Origin: an uncultured Verrucomicrobiota bacterium
GTDB lineage: Bacteria; Verrucomicrobiota; Verrucomicrobiia; Opitutales; UBA9783
NCBI GenBank assembly: GCA_902495005.1
Contig: CABUVL010000005.1
Span: forward strand, 21,131-85,130
Direction of reading: 5' to 3'
Length of the DNA: 64,000 nt
The notes beneath the pieces were generated by a model. It was not told the DNA's origin, did no database searches, and was given only the letters and a program-made list of their open reading frames with translations. Shown here piece after piece: positions 29,180-36,615 of this stretch. Position 1 is the stretch's first letter. The number at the start of each line of letters is the position of its first letter. The position numbers and the translations under genes were made by a program.

Positions 29180-29413
29180 TTATTGACTTTGCGTTAGCTG
29201 TTGATTTTTATAAACTTGTGCCTTGCGATCAGCTAATGGTGTGTGTGGAATTTCATGGCTTGTAGATTCCAATGCAATCCCTCTCAAGGAAGCTTGTTCG
29301 GGTAAGGAAAGTTTTTGCCCATCAAAACTCCCTACGGATGAATTGAAATTTACCCCTTGCTGTCCAATGGGATTTTGAATGTTCGTAACAGAAGAATGAA
29401 TGCCTATTGACAT
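29180..29413 (-). CDS. Hypothetical small ORF
   Basis: 77-aa ORF in the AT-rich islet with no recognisable motif. Confidence 0.25.
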   Translation of the reverse strand: MSIGIHSSVTNIQNPIGQQGVNFNSSVGSFDGQKLSLPEQASLRGIALESTSHEIPHTPLADRKAQVYKNQQLTQSQ

Positions 29414-29693
29414 AGTATTATTGAAATGTTAATTCAATAGGGAGTCAATGCAATACTGCTTTGAAAATTGATTGATACCATTAATTTGTCTCTAAAATGA
29501 ATAGATTTTTCGCTTCATTTCAAAATTTACCATTGTAAGTTACGGTTACGTCTACAGAATTGCGCTTTTGTGATATTTAAGTGCTTGGGAGTCAAATTAC
29601 TCACCTTATCCAATCATGGCCTCTGAATCATAAAAACAAAGGCCATTATTTTTCATATTATTTCAATTACTTGTTACCAAGGGACAATTATCT

Positions 29694-30871
29694 TTAATAA
29701 ATTAAGCAACAGGAATTTTCAGATTTTCGAGGACACACATCACTAGCTTCTTCTGTTATTATTCCAGAACTTGTGACTGCAGATATAAGTTCCCGCATTG
29801 CTTTTTCTATGGATTCTTGAGTTAAAATTTCGAATAAATATGCTGAATGTTTGCCCGCACACGCTAATCGATTTATCGTCTCAGACACACATGCCATTTG
29901 TTTTGCTGCATTTGAACTTTTCCCTATTTTTTCTTGAAGCCTTTGATATTCTATTAAGGCAATAACCCTTGTAAGTCCGTAATGGGCGAGATCGTGTACA
30001 AAATTACGTTTTATGTACGCACAAATGTAATTTTCTGTTTTCTTTTGCAGTTCTTCAGAGCGTAAATTTTCTGGGATCCCTTCCATTACACATGCTACTA
30101 AAGAATCTATTGGATTTGATGCTTTTTCTAAAAAAGTATTATTTCCATCTATCAATTGTATGGAAATGTGGAACATCGTTAATTCAAAGTACATTGATTG
30201 TACGTAGCTGGTGACTGCCTGTGCTCTTTCATTTAGAGGAAGATCTGCATTGTTCAATGTGGCATAAAGTGCATCTGTTTCAAAAAAACTAGAGTAAAGT
30301 TCGTCATTATCGCCTTTCGAGAAAATTTCATGTGCGACCCCGTGACCGCTTTCATGCGCCATACCAACCATTAGGTCAGCGAAAGTTGGGCGCACTAAAC
30401 AAAATTTTTGCTCGTTGTAAGAATAATGCCCACCGTGTAAGTCGTCTATTTTCAACTCATCTTTATATTTTTTTTATCTTCCGAATTTTTGGGAGCCAAA
30501 TGTATACTATTTGAATCTAAAGAAGTCTTTACAACTTGAGCCGCAAAATTTCGTATTTTTCCATTTTTCATGATCAGCATTTTTTCTGTCATATTATGCC
30601 AAGCTTGTAATATTTCTTCGTTAGAAATGGCAGCTGTTCCTGTTGAACAGCTTTCTCCAGTCGCTGCGTTTGATAGTGACTCGTATGACTCATATAACCA
30701 TTGTTTCTTTTGACAAATTTGATCAAAATAGGTTTTATAAGGACCGATAATTTCTTTTACCTGGCCTAATTCCAAGTTAAGTTGTCGTGCAGGATCCAAT
30801 TCACGCGATCCATTCAGTACTAACTTTGCTGGTTGTTGTATCAGGGAGAGATTATTTCCTGCCTCTCCCAT
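29694..30871 (-). pseudogene. HExxH (gluzincin-like) protein gene split into two ORFs by a frame change at an A8 tract
   Basis: ORFs 30452-30871 and 29694-30455 overlap by 4 nt. The span of 1178 nt is not a multiple of 3. Adding one A to the A8 run (plus-strand T8 at 30468-30475) fuses them: ...SEDKKKYKDELKIDDLHGGHY.... The zinc motif MAHESGHGVAHE lies in the downstream part. The C-terminus is ...SCCLIY. Confidence 0.7.
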
Positions 30872-30875
30872 TCCC

Positions 30876-31058
30876 TCATTTCGCGAGAGTCAATTGCTTT
30901 ATACGGCAAAGGGTCTGTGCTTCGTTTTCTTGAACCTTTTGCTTAGTTTCTGCAGAAAACCCATAGTTTTTCCCATCCGCCATACTTTCGCAAAAGCTGA
31001 ATAGAAATGCAATACTCCCTGAGAAATACTTTTTAATAATATTTGTTTTAGTAAGCAT
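30876..31058 (-). CDS. Hypothetical 60-aa ORF, possibly a former 5' part of the HExxH gene
   Basis: It ends 4 nt before the next ATG and is in the same frame as the C-terminal HExxH ORF (31058 minus 30455 is divisible by 3). The chance expectation for that is 1 in 3, so this is weak evidence. Confidence 0.2.
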   Translation of the reverse strand: MLTKTNIIKKYFSGSIAFLFSFCESMADGKNYGFSAETKQKVQENEAQTLCRIKQLTLAK

Positions 31059-31269
31059 GAATAGTCATATAAAGAGTTTTTTATCTATGGCAATAAAAAA
31101 TTTTATTTTTGACGATTGCTTTTGATTTTTATTTATCAAATAAATAGGAAATCGTTCCTTGGGGTCTCGTTATTATTTATAATTAATTGGCTAATGTGAT
31201 GGGGTAAAAAGGAAATCGTATATTTTTATTTATAAAAATTCACTTTTTTCTTGTGAATTAAGTGCCTGC

Positions 31270-31294
31270 CCACGCAGGCGTTCGTGGCTTTTTT
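31270..31294 (+). terminator. Orphan intrinsic-terminator-like hairpin (CCACG-N8-CGTGG-C-TTTTTT)
   Basis: Read directly. It overlaps an alternative GCCTGC-CCAC-GCAGGC hairpin (31264-31279) and is preceded by an AATTCAC/GTGAATT hairpin (31237-31259). No plus-strand CDS lies upstream. Confidence 0.35.
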
Positions 31295-31555
31295 ACTTTG
31301 ATGTGCTTGGAATTAGCTTGGGAGATATCAAAAATACATATGTATTTGCTGCATTAAGTATGGTAGAATTTGCGTATAGGTTACTTATTTTGTACCTGTG
31401 ACAAGACAAAGTCAGTTAAAAGTACTGATACATGGCTTACTTATTTTTCTGGAAGTAAAATAAGCAAATTGTTGACGGTTGTTAGGACTACCTGACAGTC
31501 CATAAATTTTTCATTGACAAACCCGAGTGATTTTTATCTTATAAGCACGTTGAGT

Positions 31556-31633
31556 GGTGGTTGTAGCTCAATTGGCTAGAGCACTGGATTGTGGTTCCAG
31601 GGGTTACCGGTTCGAGACCGGTCTACCACCCCA
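31556..31633 (+). tRNA. tRNA-His (anticodon GTG), CCA encoded
   Basis: Hand-folded cloverleaf with the extra G-1 pairing with C73, D stem GCTC/GAGC, anticodon stem CTGGA/TCCAG with loop TTGTGGT, and T arm ACCGG-TTCGAGA-CCGGT. There is one T-T mismatch in the acceptor stem. Confidence 0.9.
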
Positions 31634-31677
31634 ATTTATTCCTCATAATTGTTTAAGCCACTGGCATAGTGGGGAGG

Positions 31678-31803
31678 CCGTAGTTGATTAAAATAAATAG
31701 CGAAATTGCGGGGTGGATGTCGAAGGTTGTAAGGTTCGCTGCTTAGCTTGTCCTATTTTGATGTCTAACGACTTCAAGCTTCAAGGGATCCGTAGTTGAT
31801 TAA
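31678..31803 (+). repeat. Two copies of the 14-bp direct repeat CCGTAGTTGATTAA, 112 bp apart, just 3' of tRNA-His
   Basis: Read directly at 31678-31691 and 31790-31803. Confidence 0.85.
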
Positions 31804-32341
31804 TTGCAAAAGAGCTTAATGCCATTGGATGCGAAGAGAATGTCTGCCTCTATAACGGGTGCCAAAGCGTGGGCAAGTGTAAGATTTTAGACGTTTAATG
31901 ATTTCTTCAATTAAAATGTAAATCCGTTGGCCCGTCATCATGTGGTCCCATGATCTTAGTTGCTGTGTTGGCACTTTTATAAAAATTCAGTTTTGTTGCG
32001 TATGCTTCGCTTAATGGGATATACATTTTGCGATTTGTTCCCCATTTTTTTACTAAGAGCTTACGTGATGATGGAAAATGCCTTGAAGGGCAATTGCTTG
32101 TGCCTATTCACTTGTAGCACGCGCGATTGTTCAATCAGGCCACGACTGCAGGAATGTGTTACGGTAAAATATTTTTGGCCGATCGATAAGGGTGTTTTTA
32201 TTTAGTTTGTTTTTTATCAACAAAATAATGTATTGGTGTTGAGCCGGAGCCATAAAGGATTTGACCATGACGCAGCCAGTAACGAGGTGTTTGGCGTAAT
32301 TAAAATGACGTTTTTACGTGTTCCTAAAATATGAGAGCGCC

Positions 32342-33658
32342 TTAAGCAAATACGTAGATGCCCAAAAGTGCGAAGATGATGAGTGCGATGTTGTAGTGCA
32401 AAAATGTTGGGATGCAGGTGTCGAAAATATGGTCGTGTTGTCCATTTGCATTGAGTCCTGCACTTGGACCGAGTGTTGTGTCCGAAGCTGGAGATCCGGC
32501 GTCGCCTAGCGCTGCCGCTGCCGCGAGAAGAAGCGTTATTTGCCGCGTGTTAAAGCCCATATGAACGCATATGGGAATGAAAAGCACGGCCAGAATGGGG
32601 ATGGTTCCGAAAGAGGTCCCTATCCCGATGGTTATAAATAGCCCAATGAGAAGTATGATGAATGAAATGAGAAAAATATTTGACGGTAAGAGGGGAATGA
32701 GCGTGTTGACGAAGGTTTCAATGGCGCCAGTTTTCTTTAATACGGCTGCAAATCCGGCGGCCACAAGCATGATAAAGGCGATGTATCCCATCAAGTAGAT
32801 CCCTTCGTTCATCATGTGGTCCATTTTGTCTTTTGAAATAACCCCGAATGAAAACATGATGCCCAATCCAAGCAATGCCCCCAAGGGTAAAGATTGGGTA
32901 AGGATTTGAACGATAAAAGTTGATATGATTGCCAAAAGAACGAAGCAGTGTTTGGACGTAAAATTTGAAGATTCGGGGGCGGCGCATGTGATGGCTTTGT
33001 CGTTGTAGGACCTGGGCTTCCGATAGCTGATTAAAACGGCCGTAAGGAGTCCTGCCAACATGCCGAATCCAAGTATGAGCGTCGACTTCCAAATCTGTCC
33101 TTTAGCGATGTCGAGCCCATTTTGAACCATGTTGTCTGTAATCAGATTTTGAAATATAAGGCCAAAGCCGGCTGGAATGACAATGTACGGCATCTTTAGG
33201 CCAAATGCCAGAACGCACGCGACGGCACGTCTGTCGATTTTAAGTGCATTCATCGTGCTCAGTAGGGGTGGAATGAGAATTGGAATAAACGCAATGTGTA
33301 TCGGGATTATGTTTTGAGAGGACATGGCAATGAGCGTTAAGATAAATAGAAGTAGGCCTCTTTTGCCGGCGACACATTTGGTTATTTTGGAAGAAATAAT
33401 CTGGGTAAATCCTGAGTACGACATGGTGGCGGCAAATGTACCAAGAAGGATGTAACTTAATGCGGTTTCAGAATTGTCACCCATCCCGGCGATAAAAACA
33501 TCCATCACGTCCTTTAGGCCCATTCCTGAAAATAAACCTGCGAAAATGGTACAGAATAAGATGGCCAGCAAGACGTTTACCTTTCGTACGCACAAGATGC
33601 ACAATAATAGAATGGAAAGCAGGGCTGGATTGGCCCATAGAGACAGAAAGTGTTGCAT
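32342..33658 (-). CDS. Polytopic membrane transporter, Na+/H+ antiporter (NhaC/YuiF-like) family
   Basis: 438 aa with 11 or more hydrophobic segments. The family call is from overall pattern recollection only. Confidence 0.5.
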   Translation of the reverse strand: MQHFLSLWANPALLSILLLCILCVRKVNVLLAILFCTIFAGLFSGMGLKDVMDVFIAGMGDNSETALSYILLGTFAATMSYSGFTQIISSKITKCVAGKRGLLLFILTLIAMSSQNIIPIHIAFIPILIPPLLSTMNALKIDRRAVACVLAFGLKMPYIVIPAGFGLIFQNLITDNMVQNGLDIAKGQIWKSTLILGFGMLAGLLTAVLISYRKPRSYNDKAITCAAPESSNFTSKHCFVLLAIISTFIVQILTQSLPLGALLGLGIMFSFGVISKDKMDHMMNEGIYLMGYIAFIMLVAAGFAAVLKKTGAIETFVNTLIPLLPSNIFLISFIILLIGLFITIGIGTSFGTIPILAVLFIPICVHMGFNTRQITLLLAAAAALGDAGSPASDTTLGPSAGLNANGQHDHIFDTCIPTFLHYNIALIIFALLGIYVFA

Positions 33659-33663
33659 GAGAT

Positions 33664-34308
33664 TTATTGGGCCAGCTTATCTAGGCAACGTTGGAACCAA
33701 TAGGGCACATCCTCAAAGGTATCCATTGTTTTTAATTCGTTTAAACTTACCCATTTTACCTCGAAGGCTTCTCTTTCCGATAGCTTTATGGTCTGTTGAG
33801 GCAGGGGTGTGGCCATATAAATTAGATCAACGTGGTGTCTGACGCCCTCTTTAACAACGTTGCATTGGGAGCCTATGGGCGTAAGCAGTGAGCTGGCAAA
33901 AGGCGATTTGGACCCCACAAGTTTGACCTGAATGCCGGTCTCTTCGTAGCATTCTCTGACGGCAGCCTCATCGGGAGTTTCATTGTTATCGACTTTTCCT
34001 CCCGGCGGGCACCATTTGTTAAATTTTTTGTGATGGAGTACCAACAACTCGCGCTTGTCGTTGATGACGTAAACGGTTGCGCACAAGAACCGCTGAACTT
34101 TTTCGTCGATGACCCTCTGTATGCGCTCCATAACGAATGAATGTGGCACGTTGTCCTCTCGGTCGATCGCTTCAAGCATCCAACTCCCCTTGTTAATGCG
34201 AGGGTCGTAAAAAATCTTCAACGGTTCAACCTGCTTGATGTGACGTTCTCCGTTGTCATTCAGGTATTCGAATTTCAAGCATTTCATGTTATCTTCTTGT
34301 GGGCGCAC
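33664..34308 (-). CDS. Nudix hydrolase with an N-terminal WYL-like domain
   Basis: Nudix box GGKVDNNETPDEAAVRECYEETGIQV. The N-terminal ~75 aa, HIKQVEPLKIFYDPRINKGSWMLEAIDREDNVPHSFVMERIQRV, resemble the WYL domain pattern (WYL...R.FRLDRI). GTG start at 34308, or ATG at 34287. Confidence 0.75.
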   Translation of the reverse strand: MRPQEDNMKCLKFEYLNDNGERHIKQVEPLKIFYDPRINKGSWMLEAIDREDNVPHSFVMERIQRVIDEKVQRFLCATVYVINDKRELLVLHHKKFNKWCPPGGKVDNNETPDEAAVRECYEETGIQVKLVGSKSPFASSLLTPIGSQCNVVKEGVRHHVDLIYMATPLPQQTIKLSEREAFEVKWVSLNELKTMDTFEDVPYWFQRCLDKLAQ

Positions 34309-34310
34309 GA

Positions 34311-34827
34311 TTAGGCTCGCTGCCCCGCTTCGTAAGCGATTTGCATGGCCGGTGAGGTTTTTACGGCTCCTTTTTCGTGAACGCCCGTACCGTAGATAAG
34401 CGCTTTAACCTTACTGCCCGGTAAACAATCTGTGAAACCTCGAAGGGCGTCCATCGTGCGGACCATGGCACTTTGTCCTGAGGCAGAAGTGGCAATGAAA
34501 TAAAAATCTTTATTGCATATTTCCGTGTAACGAGGCAGTGTTCGATCAAGCATCGTCTTCATTTGCCCACTCATTGAATAAAAATAAACGGGGCTCGCCA
34601 ACACAATGACGTCTGCTTTTACCATTTTGTCGAGCAGGGCTTGCATGTCATCTTTTTGACAGCAGCTGCCTGTACGTTGGCAGGCGTAGCACGCTTGGCA
34701 GATCATTTATGTAAACTTTTTCGACCGTATGGCCGGATGATTCTGCCCCTTTTGCAAATTGATCGCACAGCAGGTCGCTGTTGCCAGCTTTCCTGGGACT
34801 GGCTTCTAATAATAATATTTTTTTCAT
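34311..34827 (-). pseudogene. Flavodoxin-like NAD(P)H-dependent FMN reductase / iron-sulfur flavoprotein gene with a frameshift
   Basis: The N-terminal ORF (MKKILLLEASPRKAGNSDLLCDQFAKGAESSGHTVEKVYINDL) and the C-terminal ORF (ICQACYACQRTGSCCQKDDMQALLDKMVKADVIVLASPVYFYSMSGQ...) are in different frames and overlap at 34648-34706. The 517-nt span is not a multiple of 3. Confidence 0.65.
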
Positions 34828-34876
34828 AATACGTTTGCTGAATGGTCCGTTAATTAAGAGAAGTGTCTCTTTTGTT

Positions 34877-35264
34877 TGGTGGAGGTGGCGGGATTTGAAC
34901 CCGCGTCTTCTGCACATTTAATTAAAGCTTCTACAAGCTTAGTACATTTTGGGTTGTCCACATTAAACCCGTATGCACACGTTTTTAATGTGTAAGTGAT
35001 AGAAAATACGATTGGAAATTACCACACTTTCCAATTATACTCGCTGAGTGAGCTTTTAAAATTAAGCGAGCATCCATTTTAAAAGCAGAATTGCATCTAT
35101 AGGCAATTCATACGATATCCTAAGCAGCCATCGCCAAGGAGGCGCTTGGGAATTTTACTACATTGTTTTCATTTATTTGTAAATGGATTGATAACGAAGC
35201 CAACCATCATCTTCGGCCTGCCACTTTAATTATACATTACAAAATCGAATCCAATAACACCCCC
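34877..35264 (-). ncRNA. ssrA: tmRNA (SsrA)
   Basis: 5' end GGGGGTGTTATTGGATTCGA and 3' end GACGCGGGTTCAAATCCCGCCACCTCCACCA. The acceptor stem carries the G3-U70 alanine identity pair. An internal tag frame ends ...VVKFPSASLAMAA then TAG. Confidence 0.92.
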
Positions 35265-35451
35265 GGAAAACTCTCAAAGAACAGGGGCATTATGTTTTGA
35301 CAAGAAAATTTTGTCAATCTTTAAGTGTGTGTGCAGGGGCGCTTTCGTTAGTTAAGCTGCTTGCTTCCTGAAAATTCGCGATCTGTTAAAAAGGCTGCTG
35401 GGCTTCTTAAAAATTACACTGTTGGAGCTGTTAATAATGCAATTGCGTTTG

Positions 35452-36057
35452 TTAAGAAAATATTTTTGTCAAACTTTCTACGCCAAATGCACTGATCCAG
35501 TAGGCGGCAAAACTGTAGATGGCAATGGCCGTTACGGAACACAATTGCGCCAGGCATAGGAGTAAACCGTCATTTTCCATCAGTCCAATCCCGAACAGCA
35601 AAATAATTGCGGCCGGCAGTGTATTGGTAAGTGGAATGGGAACGGCCATGATGCATGCTAAAATAAGGATGTTGCCCCCAATGACGCGCTTGTTCAATAT
35701 CCATTGCAATTGCGTACAGCGTTCGGAACGCGTAAAAAATTCAATGCATCGCAAGAACTTGACGGCGCCTTGGACCAATTGCTTGGAGATTGAAAATTCT
35801 TTGCCATCCCAGCGTTTCGGATACCACATGCTGTCACGGCCGCAAAGAAGTTGAAGTGCCGCAATCATTAGCAAAATGCCTAATGGGGTACTGTATCCAG
35901 GTGCTGGAATTGGCAAGGCGCTTGGAACGGACACAAGCGTAATAAATGTGCCGAGGCTTTGTTCCTTGAAATGGTACATGAAGTCTTTAACTTTGAGCTT
36001 AATTGCACCTTCTTCGTTACGTAACTCTAATAATTTTTGCGATGCGGTTTCCGCCAT
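35452..36057 (-). CDS. ExoD-family membrane protein
   Basis: LVSVPSALPIPAPGYSTPLGILLMIAALQLLCGRDSMWYPKRW matches the ExoD family pattern, and C-terminal TM segments follow. Start at MAETASQ (36057). Confidence 0.6.
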   Translation of the reverse strand: MAETASQKLLELRNEEGAIKLKVKDFMYHFKEQSLGTFITLVSVPSALPIPAPGYSTPLGILLMIAALQLLCGRDSMWYPKRWDGKEFSISKQLVQGAVKFLRCIEFFTRSERCTQLQWILNKRVIGGNILILACIMAVPIPLTNTLPAAIILLFGIGLMENDGLLLCLAQLCSVTAIAIYSFAAYWISAFGVESLTKIFS

Positions 36058-36615
36058 AATTGACTCAGAACGATGTAAAAAGGTGAGATAAAACACAATT
36101 AAAAAATGTAGAAAACAAATTTTTGTAAGAGACTCAGGTCCTTGGGCTTACGATTTAATAATCAGTGGTGAGTTGGAACTTATTTATCACTCGTATTTAT
36201 AGATCCGTCGTACACATGCCTTGACCGAGCGATTTGTTCTAACGGCCGATTTTCTTGGCTTAAGCTAAAAATGACGTTTTGTGCTATTTTTGAGCATAAT
36301 AAGGGTGCGAATGGTAATGGGTTCACGGCTCACACGTGTTTTAATTACTTGTCTAATGCTAAGTTTGTGAGGGGAAATGAATGCCCCAATGATTTGTTAC
36401 ACGGAGAATGAACTTTGTTCTTTGAAAAAGCATAGGGCAGGGCAATTTTTCTATAATTTATTAGTAAAGAATTAATTATGGGCGACGCTTTTATTAAAAA
36501 TTAGCCGTGTGTTCAATTCACTCGCGTGTGCCTTTTCTTTACGGGAGGCGAGAGGATTGACTGGGCCATCAACAGGCCATTGGGGGTAGGGGCGTTACTT
36601 GCTTATTACAATAGA

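Noticed and set aside
30876-31058. Treating the 60-aa ORF as a proven third fragment of the HExxH gene, which would require two compensating frameshifts
   Set aside because: It is in the same frame as the C-terminal fragment, but that happens by chance one time in three. I see no homology linking it to the rest, so I kept it only as a low-confidence note.
31514-31545. Possible tRNA-His promoter (TTGACA at 31514-31519 and TATAAG at 31540-31545)
   Set aside because: The hexamers are good individually, but the spacer is 20 nt, outside the usual 16-18 nt. I did not call it as a feature.
31960-32205. 81-aa plus-strand ORF in the region 3' of tRNA-His
   Set aside because: It has Cys/Leu/Phe-rich low-complexity composition, a non-ATG start, no upstream ribosome-binding-like sequence, and sits in an otherwise stop-riddled region. 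I treat it as non-coding.
34828-34917. Upstream extension of the flavoprotein ORF (ORF track 34648..34917)
   Set aside because: The extension runs through the 3' acceptor/T-arm of the tmRNA gene (34877 onward). The family-typical N-terminus MKKILLL starts at 34827.
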